A stretch of DNA of 64,000 nt from Staphylococcus phage AH12. The position numbers and the translations under genes are program-made. The notes below the pieces were generated by a model, which was given only the letters and a program-made list of their open reading frames with translations, was not told the origin of the DNA and made no database searches. Location: sequence record OR455461.1, one strand, 5' to 3'. How positions within the stretch are numbered: the first letter of the stretch is position 1; each line of letters starts with the position of its first letter. Below, piece by piece: positions 1-9,772 of this stretch.

Positions 1-208
1 AAATATATGATAATCAAAACTATTTTCAAATTTATGATTTTCTTTATTAATTTGATCTATTAATTCATCTTTAATAACTTCATTATAAAAAGACTCATCA
101 ACTTGACTCAATGGTCTTAAATAAGATTCTTCCTGTATTTTAGGTTCTAATAATTTAATTTTTTGGTCTAAAGTTAAATCTGATGCAATTTTCTTTTCAT
201 TTGTCATT
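1..208 (-). CDS. hypothetical protein, N-terminal part; gene runs off the window start
   Basis: ATG at 208 (minus strand) preceded by an AGGAG-type RBS (rc of 214-228). The frame is open down to position 1. It is absent from the ORF track because no stop lies in the window. Confidence 0.4.
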
Positions 209-221
209 ATTTTAAATCTCC

Positions 222-449
222 TTATATAAATTTACTATTAATATCTTTAAAAAGTATTTTCTTTAACTCTTTTCTATCAACTTCATTATTCTGATAAATT
301 TTAAAAAGGAAGTCATGAAGTTCTTTATTCTCTTGTTTCAGTTCTTCAATTTTATCAAGTTTATCCTGACCTCTTACTGTTCTAGAAAGATTATTCAATG
401 CAGTGTTTAATTGATTTGAAACTTGATTAATTTGATTGTTATTTGCCAT
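222..449 (-). CDS. small hypothetical protein, 75 aa, coiled-coil/charged
   Basis: ORF track entry. Tightly packed between the helicase and the next minus-strand gene, with a 13-nt gap to the helicase stop. Confidence 0.5.
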   Translation of the reverse strand: MANNNQINQVSNQLNTALNNLSRTVRGQDKLDKIEELKQENKELHDFLFKIYQNNEVDRKELKKILFKDINSKFI

Positions 450-462
450 TGAAAAATCTCCT

Positions 463-1686
463 TTACTTAACTATAATTAAATTCTTTTTAGCACGAGTAA
501 TTGCAGTATATAATGATTTGTATCTATCTTTAGAATAATTTTCATCGAATACAATAACGTTATCAAATTCAGATCCTTGAGATTTATGAACAGTTATTCC
601 ATAAGCATAATTAAAAGGATTAACTTTCATACTAAAATTACTCATAGTGGTTACATAACGTTTTTTAAAGATCTTATTAATTTCATTATCTGTCTTTCTT
701 AATTCAAATAATTCTTGTTGATCTCTAATAGTTCCATTGAAAATTAAATCATCATAATATATTCTACTAAATCTTTCATCTTTAAAACCAACAGGTTTAA
801 AATCTAATTGTGTTGAAGCAGTAAAACTATTTTTCTTACCGGATCTTGTTATTTCTCCAATTAAACCATTTGTAAGATATTGATTTATATTTCCTTCAGT
901 AATAACTTTATTCCAGTTATTTTTTAAACAAATAATTTTTTCTCCTGATTTAGGGAAAGGATTTGATTCAATGTCAATTCCTTCAACTTGACTTCTATAG
1001 AAGCTATTAAATTGATTAACTGTTTTATTATAACTCATAAGAACTTGATCTGCATTTTTATACATATCTATTGTTAAATCATTTGAATTTATTACTTGTA
1101 AATTATCTCCATAAGAACCATATTCAATATCTTCTCCTTTACGGACTTCATTAGCCATTTTAAGAATAGGATTATCTAATGCCTGTCTAACAGGTTCATC
1201 TAAGAATATGTCTGGATTTTCTATTAATGAATTAGTACCAAATACTGGTGTCAATTGAGATTTATCTCCACAAACTAATATAGGTATTTCAAATTGTTTA
1301 ATCTCTTCAATCATTTTATCAGGAACCATAGATATTTCATCAATGATTATTAATTTAATTTCAGGATTAAATTCTTCTTTAGTTTTTAAAACAAATCTAA
1401 CTTCACCTGTTTTTTCATCTACGAAAGGATTATAGATAGTTCTATGAATGGTAGTAGCGTTTATACCTCTCTTAACTAATACTCCTGCTGCCATACCTGT
1501 ATATGCTATAAATGATACTTGAGATTCATGTAATCCTAAAGTATCTATTATTTTAGTCATCAAATAACTTTTACCACTTCCAGCAATTCCTGCTAAAACA
1601 AAAGGTCTTGATGTATCATTATTCCACCAGTACTTAGCTTTCATTAATCCTTCTTCTTGTTTTTTATTTAATCCCATGAAATTCAT
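463..1686 (-). CDS. SF1 DNA helicase, Dda/RecD-like
   Basis: Walker A GIAGSGKSY, DEISMV Walker B-like, and the C-terminal YAITVHKSQGSEFDNVIVF motif typical of RecD/Dda-family helicases. Confidence 0.8.
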   Translation of the reverse strand: MNFMGLNKKQEEGLMKAKYWWNNDTSRPFVLAGIAGSGKSYLMTKIIDTLGLHESQVSFIAYTGMAAGVLVKRGINATTIHRTIYNPFVDEKTGEVRFVLKTKEEFNPEIKLIIIDEISMVPDKMIEEIKQFEIPILVCGDKSQLTPVFGTNSLIENPDIFLDEPVRQALDNPILKMANEVRKGEDIEYGSYGDNLQVINSNDLTIDMYKNADQVLMSYNKTVNQFNSFYRSQVEGIDIESNPFPKSGEKIICLKNNWNKVITEGNINQYLTNGLIGEITRSGKKNSFTASTQLDFKPVGFKDERFSRIYYDDLIFNGTIRDQQELFELRKTDNEINKIFKKRYVTTMSNFSMKVNPFNYAYGITVHKSQGSEFDNVIVFDENYSKDRYKSLYTAITRAKKNLIIVK

Positions 1687-1840
1687 ACACCTCGATTATT
1701 TTTGTAAATTATTCACTTTATATTTTAATAATTATTGGTTAAGTCAGTTTAATAATTTTTTCTTTATAAAAAATTTGAAATCCACCACAATATATTATTT
1801 ATATATTTGTAAATAATAGATTTTTTATTAATTAATAAAT

Positions 1841-1890
1841 ATATTATAAAAAATAATAGTAATTAAAAATGTTATTAAAAATTAAGTAAT
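1841..1890. promoter_or_regulatory. conserved 50-bp intergenic element, copy 1
   Basis: ATATTATAAAAAATAATAGTAATTAAAAATGTTATTAAAAATTAAGTAAT, with an internal direct repeat of ATTAAAAAT. Lies in the divergent region between the helicase gene and gene 2051. Confidence 0.45.
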
Positions 1891-2050
1891 TAAAATTAAA
1901 GAAAAATTCATATAAATAAACTTAATTTGGATCATAGAAAAAATTAAAAATTCCAACTAATATTTTAAATATATATTATTTTAATGAGATTAGGTTAAAT
2001 ACTAATTTCAAATATATAAAAATATGTAAAATATAAGGAGAGAATATGGT

Positions 2051-2983
2051 ATGGCAATTACAAGAAGAAAAGTAACTAATGAGACTAAGGATTTAAGTGT
2101 ATTGGAATCAGCAGAATTAAAAGTAAGTGAAGAACAAGGTTATAAAGGTGATGTATTAACTTTTGAAATTGAAACAGTTCCAAAAGAATATGATAGAAAG
2201 AATTTAGTATTAATTCCAGAAGATGATAATGTAATTAAAATTAATTACAATAAGAATGAAATTAATATTGCTTCTGATGAATTAAAAGATGTAAGTATCA
2301 AATTAAAGGATATTCCAACAGATACAGAATATGATAATGTAACTATTACAGCTTCAGGAATTAATCCTGATAAAGAAAAAGAAATTAAAGAGGAAAAAGA
2401 AGAAAAAGAAGTTAAAGAAGAAAAAGTAGAAGAAGTTAAGAATCCAGTTAAAAAGAAACCTAGTACAAAAACTAAAACTAAAACAAATAAAAAGGATGAT
2501 AATAAAATGGAAAAAATTAAAGTTAATCGAGTTAAAAAAGACGTTAAGAAAACTGCTAAAAAGGAATACAGTGATAAATCATACACTAAAGATGAATTGT
2601 TAAATGATTTATTAACGAATCTTGTAGATGAATCAGGAGATGCTGCATACAGTAAGAAAGAATTAAAAGATATTATAACATTAGCAGATTCATTACGTAC
2701 ATCAGCTTTAAAAGATGGTAAAACAATTTCAATTAATAACATCAACTTTACACGTAAATTACAAAAAGCTCGTATTCATGCACCTAAATTAGATACAGTT
2801 AAATCACCTTCATATGTAACTCCACATGTAGTTATGCAAGCTAAAGTTGAATCTGATGATAAAAAAGTATTAAAAGGTGAGAAATTATCTGCTGATAAAT
2901 TTAAAACAGTAGATGGTGAAGAAATCGATTTAAATAAAGTTAATGAAGAGTATGAAAAAGAGTTTAAAAATAAATTTCAATAA
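2051..2983 (+). CDS. Lys/Glu-rich hypothetical protein, 310 aa
   Basis: AGGAG RBS about 10 nt upstream of the ATG. Contains a KEEKEEKE charged low-complexity segment. First gene of a divergent plus-strand unit. Confidence 0.6.
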   Translation: MAITRRKVTNETKDLSVLESAELKVSEEQGYKGDVLTFEIETVPKEYDRKNLVLIPEDDNVIKINYNKNEINIASDELKDVSIKLKDIPTDTEYDNVTITASGINPDKEKEIKEEKEEKEVKEEKVEEVKNPVKKKPSTKTKTKTNKKDDNKMEKIKVNRVKKDVKKTAKKEYSDKSYTKDELLNDLLTNLVDESGDAAYSKKELKDIITLADSLRTSALKDGKTISINNINFTRKLQKARIHAPKLDTVKSPSYVTPHVVMQAKVESDDKKVLKGEKLSADKFKTVDGEEIDLNKVNEEYEKEFKNKFQ

Positions 2984-2995
2984 TAAATAGATTGG

Positions 2996-3658
2996 ATGAT
3001 ATTAATGAAGCATTTTTACAATAAAAAAAGAAGTATTAATATTAATATAGAAAATTTATATTTAAATCATATTGATGTAATTAAACGTTACGATTTTGGT
3101 GATGAAGAATTACATCAAATGATTGATAGATTTTTACCTCAAGTAATTGAAGAATCTTATGAGTTTAATATTGAAATGTATAATTTATTAAAGACTGATA
3201 ATATTAAAGAACGCTATGAATTAACTTCATTAGCTTCTCTTGAATTATTAGATATAATTCTTTATTTCGTTTCTATAAATTCTACTTTAATTGAGAAGTA
3301 TAATTTAGAATACAAATATGTAATAGAGTTGAATGATTTAAATTTCAGTAAAGACTTTGTATTAAATACAGGTGAAAAAGTTAATGATGATAAATTCTAT
3401 CAAACAATAATTGATTCTGTAAGTAAAACAGTAGTTAATAACGGTGGTCATATAAGAAGATTAACTCCTAATAGAAAATATCATCAAGAGAATAAAGAAG
3501 TTAGTAAAAAAGAAATGAATCATATTATTGGTACTATTTTCTTTATTAATCATAGAACAATAGATTTCTTATTAACTGTATTATTTGAAAAACTATCTTT
3601 AGAAAAAGATGTAGATCCAATATTAGATAAAATTCAAGAAGTAGTTAAAAATAAATAA
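2996..3658 (+). CDS. hypothetical protein, 220 aa
   Basis: ORF track entry in the same operon as 2051..2983, followed by a strong terminator. Confidence 0.55.
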   Translation: MILMKHFYNKKRSININIENLYLNHIDVIKRYDFGDEELHQMIDRFLPQVIEESYEFNIEMYNLLKTDNIKERYELTSLASLELLDIILYFVSINSTLIEKYNLEYKYVIELNDLNFSKDFVLNTGEKVNDDKFYQTIIDSVSKTVVNNGGHIRRLTPNRKYHQENKEVSKKEMNHIIGTIFFINHRTIDFLLTVLFEKLSLEKDVDPILDKIQEVVKNK

Positions 3659-3663
3659 TTATT

Positions 3664-3737
3664 TTCCCTAACACTTATATTCCTTAAATGGAGTATTTGT
3701 GTTAGGGAAATTTTTGTTTTTTTTTTGTAAATTATTA
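3664..3737 (+). terminator. rho-independent terminator
   Basis: 11-bp stem TTCCCTAACAC / GTGTTAGGGAA followed by a long T-run. Confidence 0.65.
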
Positions 3738-3787
3738 TCAAATCATATATCTCGATGAAACATATTTGTATTAAGAAAATATGAGCG

Positions 3788-6700
3788 GTGGTGAAATTAA
3801 AAGTAATGGATAATAATAAAAAGAATATAAAGAGACTAGAGAAAAATAACAATTCAGAGATAATTAAAAATGCTTCTAAAAATACTAGTCGTATTCTTTT
3901 CAATGCATTTATTAAATCAAATCCAGCACTAGATAGTGTTATTGGTTCTGATGGATTAAATTTAATGAATCAAGAAGAAAGAAGAATTAAAAATGTTTCT
4001 GAAATTAAATCTTCTACTAAGAATTTAATAAAAAGTATTAAATCTAGTTCAGAAGAAAATGATATATTTTCAGAAGAAAGTGAAAAACTATCAAATTCTA
4101 AACCTGAGTATGAGACAGTTACTGAAATAATTGATAATGATGATGGTACAAAATCTGAAATAATAAACGTTTCAGATAAAAAGAAATCTAGTCTAGTAAA
4201 TTCACCTTTAATTGCTTTTAATAATCTCGCTACGATTAACCAAAAAGGTTTTACAGGAACTAATATAGCTTTAAGAAATTTAGCGGTATCAAATGAAGCT
4301 ACAAGTACTTTAATGAATTCAGCAGTATTGAATTTAGAATCAATACAGAATTCTATATATCAAAATACTTTACTTGAAGAAAACACTAAAAGAGGAAAAC
4401 AGAGTAAATTATTTGAAATAGTTAATGGTAATATAAGTTTATTAAAATATTTAGACAATAAAACAAATATTGAAAATAATTCAATGATAAGTATGTTAGG
4501 TGGTTCTGAAGGACTTAAGAATATATTAATGGGATTTGCAAAAAATCCTATTGAATTAGCATTAACTACAGGTGCTCAAATGGGCATGAAGAAATTAATG
4601 TATGGAAGTACTTCAGGATATGATCCAGATGATGTTGAAAATAAAGGTATATTTAGTAGACTTAATAGAAAATTTGATCCTAATAATTTAGGTTCTTTAT
4701 TAGTAAGTGAACTGACTGATGATGAAGGAAGAATATCAAATACCCTAGATAAACTTAAAGGTAATGATAATAAATATATTTCTAATTTAGGAGAAGCACT
4801 TAATAAGAGAATCGGAAATTTAAAAGATAATGTTTTAAGTGATGGAACAATATCAACTAAGAATAAAAGAGATAAAAATACTCCAGTTCAATTTGATAGA
4901 GAAAGTCATACTTCTATTAATAAAGCTATACCAGATCTTTTATCTAGATTACAAGGTAATCTAATTGCTAGAAGAGAAGGAAAATCTAATGGTTTAGTTA
5001 ATAATAGCGAATTAGGTAGTATATATAACTATTCTAAAGGAACTTGGGATAGTAGAGGGAATAATAGAAAAAATATAAATGACAAATTAAAAGAAAAATC
5101 ATTATTTAATTTTAAAGATACTAAGTTAGGAAAAGATTTATCTAATAATGGTATTGAAGATGAAGAAGTTAAAGACATCTTATTCTCTTTAAGTAAAATT
5201 AATAAACCAGTAAAAAATAAAGATGAATTATCTAAATATACTAAAGATATAAATTATTCAGATATTGTTGAAAATATTTTCAATAATGATATATCTAAAT
5301 TTAATATTGATCTTTTTAATATTAAGAAATCAATAGGTACTGAGTATAACAAGATTGATAAAGATGGTTCATCATTAATGACATTTACAGATATTAAAGG
5401 TTTAAAAAGAAGAAATAATGAAGTTCAATCAAGTTCTGCTAGAGTAAATAAAATTAATGAAGTTAAAGATTATTCTAATATCGAATGGAAGAATGATGAT
5501 CTTGATGAACTTAAAAAATTATTCTTAGAAATAGAAAGTAAATTAGATGATATTAACCCAGAAAATATAAGCAATAATAAAGATTATGTAAATGATAAAA
5601 TAGGAAGAATTAATAGTATTATAGATTCTTCTAGTAAGTTTAATTTACCTAGCTATTTATCTAATGAAAAAACAAAATCAGTTCAAGACAAATTAGGTAA
5701 ACTATCAAACTCCGTTAATAAATTTAATGATATACGTAAAGATCCTTCATCTATTTTAAAAGGAAACACTTATAATGATAATAATAATGAAGATCTTAAT
5801 TCTGGGATCATAGATAATAACTATACAGATAATCATCCTTTAATGAATTTAATAAATAATATTAAAGGAAAACAGAGTAATAATAAAGTTGATTTAAATA
5901 AAGAACCAACTAAAAGCATTGATGATTTATCTAGAGAAGAAAAGCAATCTAAAGCTAGAAAGTATCTTGAAAATATAATTAGCACTGCTTATCCTAAGCA
6001 AAGTAAAACTATGATAAATGACATGAATCAATCTGATGATAATAAAAAATTAGATGAAATGAAAAAAGGTTTATCAACTGCAAATGCTGCTGAAACTGGT
6101 GAAGATGTTATATCAAAATTATCAGGATCTAGTAAAACAAAAGTTGCTGAAGATTTAAGAGGAACTCTTAAATTTGGTTCTGGTGGAGCTGCTGAAAAAG
6201 AAATGGGTACTAAAAAATTAATGAATTCAATGTTAGATTTTAGTAAACCAGGAACAATTGCCTTTGCAGGACTATCCGCTACTGTTTTAGCTAAATTAAT
6301 GAACGGTAAAAAGAAAAAAGATCAAGAAAAAGGTCTAATGGGTAGCGTTGGAACAGGATTAGGTTTCTTAGGTAAAGCTGGATTAATGTTAGGTGGAGGA
6401 GTTTTAGCTGCTAAATTCTTACCTAAACTCTTAGGTAAATTTTTACCTAAAGGTGCTATGAATATGTTTGATACAATTAAAAATTTACCTGGAAAATTAA
6501 AAGGAACTTTTGGTAAAGTTTTTGATGCCGGTAAAAATTTCTTCGGTAAAGGTAAAAACCTAATTGGAAAAGGATTAGGATTAGGTAAAAATATATTCGG
6601 TAAAGGAATTAAGTTAGGTAAAAATATCTTAGGAAAAGGTGCTCAATTAGGAAAATCTTTAATGGGTAAAGGATCTTTAGGATTAATTAAAGATGGTTTC

Positions 6701-9700
6701 GGTAAAGGTGCTTCTATAGCTAAAAGTGGATTTAATAAATTATTTAATCTTGGTGGTAAAAATTCTTTTGCAACTAAAGGTCTTCCTAAATCAGGTGGGA
6801 TTTTAGGAAAAGGATTAAGTAAAGCTGGTTCCATCGGTAAAGGTCTATTTAGCTCTATGAAAAATGGTGGTAAAAAAGCATTAGGTTTCTTAGGTAAAGC
6901 TAAAAATAAATTATTCAGTAAAGGCGGTATGAAAGCTGCTGGAAAATTTGCTTTAAAAGCTGGTCTAAAAACAGCATTACCTTTTATACCTGTTGTTGGA
7001 CCTATTATAGGTGCTGCAATGTGGGCACCAGATATTGTTAAAACTATAAAACACCCTATTGAATCTCTTAAACATCCAATTAAAACTTTAGGAAGCTTTT
7101 TCGGATTGTCTAAGCATCCAGGAGATACTCTTGAGGCTAAACAAAAAGAAGAAAAAGAAAATGAAGATGAAACAGGTTTAGGAAGATTAATATTATCTAC
7201 TTCTAAAATGATGTTTAGATCATCTCCTTTATTCCCAATTTCCAAAGTTGGAGGAGATATGTTTAAAACAATAACTGATAATAAAATGAAGTCAGGTCCT
7301 AAAGCTGAAGAAGAAATACAAGAAAATATGTTCTATGATACTCCTTTAGGTAGCCTATATCAAATGGCTAAAGGTGGTATAGATTTCTCTACTAAAGGTG
7401 GAGGAGAAATTGGCGACTGGTTTGCTAGATTTTTAGTTAAAATGGAAGGCATGGTTGTGGCTATGTCTAAAATGAAGAATTCTAGTTCAGGAGGAGATTC
7501 ATCTTCGTCTTCATCAGATAGTGGTAGTGGACAATTACAAGGTAATGAAATTGAAATAGATAAAAATGCACCTTCTATTACATCACAATCTGTATTGAGT
7601 AAAATACCTGATAATGCTGCAGGTGCTTGGATTAAGAAACATCAATTCTGGCAACCTTTCGGTAACTATCAAGGACTATCATTTAATGGTAGTTCAAAAC
7701 ACTGGGGTATTGATATTGGTATGCCTACAGGAACAGATATATTGGCTATTGTACCTGGTACAGTAAGTAATATAATTAAAGATGTTGGTGGAGGTAATAT
7801 CGTTGAGGTCAAAAACGGTAGTATCTACACTTGGTATATGCATAATAGTAAAATAATTGCTAAAAAAGGTGATAAAGTAGGAGTAGGTCAAAAAATTGCC
7901 ATATCTGGTAATACAGGTGCTCAAACTACTGCACCACATATGCACTTCCAGGTCATGAAAGGAAGACCTTCAAATGAAACTGCGATTGATCCAGCACCTT
8001 ATGTATTTGCTAAGGTAAAAGGTAAAGGTTCAGATGATGATGACAAGAGCAGTTCTAAAGGTGGAAGTAGTAAAAAAGGTGAAAAAGATAAAGGTGGAGG
8101 ACATTCACTAATAGGTGATATGAATTCTGTATCTATGCAAAGACAACTTAAGAAGAAAAATATTCAAGATATGCAGAATAAGAGAAAAGAAATTGCTCAA
8201 CAAAAGAGAGATCAAGATAAAATTGATACACAAATAAATAGAATTAATAAGCAAGATGATTATAAAGTTAAAGAAAAAGCTAAAAAAGTAAATAAAGTAT
8301 TTAATGCAATTAAAGAAAGTAAAGAGAAAAAACAAACTGGAATATTAAGATCATCAAATCAATTTAATAAAATTTTGATTATAGGTGATGAAATAACTAA
8401 AGATGCTTCAAATGATCTTAGAATTAAAATTAAAGGTGCTAAAATAGAAGCTTCTGTAGGAAAACAATATTCTGGTGGATCTGAATCTGGTAGAAGAATA
8501 TTACAAAATAATATTGATGAGTATAACAGAACCGGTGTAGCAATAGTTATCCAATTAGGTTTAAACGGAGGATTATCTACAGGAGAAATATCAGAAATAC
8601 AGAATATGTATGATAAAGCTAATGTATATTTCGTTAATACTTATTTCAATAGTAATAAAAATGGTACTAGTTTAGATTTAACTGATTTAATGAATGCAGT
8701 CAATGAATCAATTAATGCTAGTGCAGCTAATATAATTGACTGGTTTAGCAAAGCTAATTCTGTTTTAGTTAAAGAAGATGGATATATGCCAACAAATAAA
8801 GGTAGAATGATATTAGTAGATTTAATAAAAATGTATGTAAATCCTTATATTGGTGGTGGCGGTGCTTCTGATGATAAAAAAGCAGAAGAAAAAATTGATA
8901 AAGAAGTAGAAAAAGAAAAATCTAAAGCTGATAAAAAAGATAATAAAGATGAAGATGAAAAAGGATCTGAATCTAAAGTTTCTAAAGATGAAGATGGAGA
9001 ATCTTCTGATAGTGATAGTTCTGATTCTTCTTCAGGTGCCGGAGAGTACAGTTTCAAAAATGGTACTTGGTATGGCTCTATTACTGGTAGAGATGATAGA
9101 CGAATGGATGAAGAAGAGCAAGAAGAGCTTAATGATCGTTTAATGAAACGTTATGCTAAAATCTATGGAATTGACTATGAAGAAGCTAAGAAAATAGATA
9201 AGGAACAACAAGAAGAACTTAAAGCTAAAGCAGGTAAAGAAGCTACAGAATCTGGTTCTTCAAGTGGATCAAGTTCATCTAAAGATGGAGATGATAAAGA
9301 TTCAGGATCTTCTGCAAGTTCTTCTAAAGACAAAGCTAAAGAAAATATCGAAAAAGCAGGAAGTCAAATTTCCAAATTAGGTAATGGTTTCCAATTACCT
9401 ACATTAGAGAATAGTGGTTTTTCTAATACTAATAAAACAACACAAAATAATCAAGGCGATACAAGTAATAGTACAACAAATAATAATTATAATCAAGGTC
9501 AAGAAAGCACTGTTAATAATACTGATGTGAAACAAGAATTTGTAAAAGGTAAAAATAAAACTACAAATCATTATAATAAAATTGTAAATAATTATAAAAA
9601 TTCAACTGTGACTAATGGTAATACAGATTATGTATATGATTATGAGCAATATTGGTATTCAGATGACCTCGTTAAAATGTTGTCAAATATAGATAGAAAT

Positions 9701-9751
9701 ACATTAGCTTCTACTAAAGAATTAGATAGACTTTTAGAAGAATTAAAATAA
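3788..9751 (+). CDS. giant multidomain virion protein, 1987 aa, with M23 peptidase domain; tape-measure-like or ejection-protein-like
   Basis: M23/LytM signature HWGIDIG...HMHFQ, encoded about 7620..7975. Gly/Lys 11-aa tandem repeats. HPIESLKHPIKTLGSF module and a C-terminal acidic module, both shared with the next gene. GTG start at 3788; the ATG at 3806 with a GGTGGTGA RBS is an alternative start. Confidence 0.75.
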   Translation: MVKLKVMDNNKKNIKRLEKNNNSEIIKNASKNTSRILFNAFIKSNPALDSVIGSDGLNLMNQEERRIKNVSEIKSSTKNLIKSIKSSSEENDIFSEESEKLSNSKPEYETVTEIIDNDDGTKSEIINVSDKKKSSLVNSPLIAFNNLATINQKGFTGTNIALRNLAVSNEATSTLMNSAVLNLESIQNSIYQNTLLEENTKRGKQSKLFEIVNGNISLLKYLDNKTNIENNSMISMLGGSEGLKNILMGFAKNPIELALTTGAQMGMKKLMYGSTSGYDPDDVENKGIFSRLNRKFDPNNLGSLLVSELTDDEGRISNTLDKLKGNDNKYISNLGEALNKRIGNLKDNVLSDGTISTKNKRDKNTPVQFDRESHTSINKAIPDLLSRLQGNLIARREGKSNGLVNNSELGSIYNYSKGTWDSRGNNRKNINDKLKEKSLFNFKDTKLGKDLSNNGIEDEEVKDILFSLSKINKPVKNKDELSKYTKDINYSDIVENIFNNDISKFNIDLFNIKKSIGTEYNKIDKDGSSLMTFTDIKGLKRRNNEVQSSSARVNKINEVKDYSNIEWKNDDLDELKKLFLEIESKLDDINPENISNNKDYVNDKIGRINSIIDSSSKFNLPSYLSNEKTKSVQDKLGKLSNSVNKFNDIRKDPSSILKGNTYNDNNNEDLNSGIIDNNYTDNHPLMNLINNIKGKQSNNKVDLNKEPTKSIDDLSREEKQSKARKYLENIISTAYPKQSKTMINDMNQSDDNKKLDEMKKGLSTANAAETGEDVISKLSGSSKTKVAEDLRGTLKFGSGGAAEKEMGTKKLMNSMLDFSKPGTIAFAGLSATVLAKLMNGKKKKDQEKGLMGSVGTGLGFLGKAGLMLGGGVLAAKFLPKLLGKFLPKGAMNMFDTIKNLPGKLKGTFGKVFDAGKNFFGKGKNLIGKGLGLGKNIFGKGIKLGKNILGKGAQLGKSLMGKGSLGLIKDGFGKGASIAKSGFNKLFNLGGKNSFATKGLPKSGGILGKGLSKAGSIGKGLFSSMKNGGKKALGFLGKAKNKLFSKGGMKAAGKFALKAGLKTALPFIPVVGPIIGAAMWAPDIVKTIKHPIESLKHPIKTLGSFFGLSKHPGDTLEAKQKEEKENEDETGLGRLILSTSKMMFRSSPLFPISKVGGDMFKTITDNKMKSGPKAEEEIQENMFYDTPLGSLYQMAKGGIDFSTKGGGEIGDWFARFLVKMEGMVVAMSKMKNSSSGGDSSSSSSDSGSGQLQGNEIEIDKNAPSITSQSVLSKIPDNAAGAWIKKHQFWQPFGNYQGLSFNGSSKHWGIDIGMPTGTDILAIVPGTVSNIIKDVGGGNIVEVKNGSIYTWYMHNSKIIAKKGDKVGVGQKIAISGNTGAQTTAPHMHFQVMKGRPSNETAIDPAPYVFAKVKGKGSDDDDKSSSKGGSSKKGEKDKGGGHSLIGDMNSVSMQRQLKKKNIQDMQNKRKEIAQQKRDQDKIDTQINRINKQDDYKVKEKAKKVNKVFNAIKESKEKKQTGILRSSNQFNKILIIGDEITKDASNDLRIKIKGAKIEASVGKQYSGGSESGRRILQNNIDEYNRTGVAIVIQLGLNGGLSTGEISEIQNMYDKANVYFVNTYFNSNKNGTSLDLTDLMNAVNESINASAANIIDWFSKANSVLVKEDGYMPTNKGRMILVDLIKMYVNPYIGGGGASDDKKAEEKIDKEVEKEKSKADKKDNKDEDEKGSESKVSKDEDGESSDSDSSDSSSGAGEYSFKNGTWYGSITGRDDRRMDEEEQEELNDRLMKRYAKIYGIDYEEAKKIDKEQQEELKAKAGKEATESGSSSGSSSSKDGDDKDSGSSASSSKDKAKENIEKAGSQISKLGNGFQLPTLENSGFSNTNKTTQNNQGDTSNSTTNNNYNQGQESTVNNTDVKQEFVKGKNKTTNHYNKIVNNYKNSTVTNGNTDYVYDYEQYWYSDDLVKMLSNIDRNTLASTKELDRLLEELK
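6523..6900 (+). repeat. in-frame tandem repeats, 33 nt (11 aa), consensus L-G-K-N-I-x-G-K-G
   Basis: Visible periodicity, e.g. ttcggtaaaggaattaagttaggtaaaaatatc / ttaggaaaaggtgctcaattaggaaaatcttta. Coding, so not a CRISPR array. Confidence 0.6.
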
Positions 9752-9772
9752 AAAGAGTGGTGAGAATAAAAA

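Noticed and set aside
1905-1920. T4-late-promoter-like TATAAATA boxes (e.g. 1911..1918) and many TATAAT hexamers
   Set aside because: In a genome this AT-rich such octamers occur frequently by chance. Only the conserved 50-bp and 22-bp motifs showed non-random recurrence.
2245-2745. Antisense ORFs nested inside large genes (2245..2745, 6643..7245, 7694..7945, 8108..8335, 8845..9143, 9640..10116, 10372..10818, 12427..12636, 14203..14983, 15198..15674, 16675..17281, 52872..57000 and others)
   Set aside because: They lie entirely within much longer, well-supported coding frames on the opposite strand. They have low-complexity, frame-artefact compositions (S/L/F/I-rich) and no RBS context. They are typical AT-rich six-frame noise.
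6523-6900. Possible CRISPR-like or non-coding repeat array (33-nt periodicity); likewise the 15232..15400 micro-repeats
   Set aside because: The repeats are in frame inside a continuous ORF and encode periodic GKG or NPN peptides. There are no spacer-like unique segments and no cas genes.
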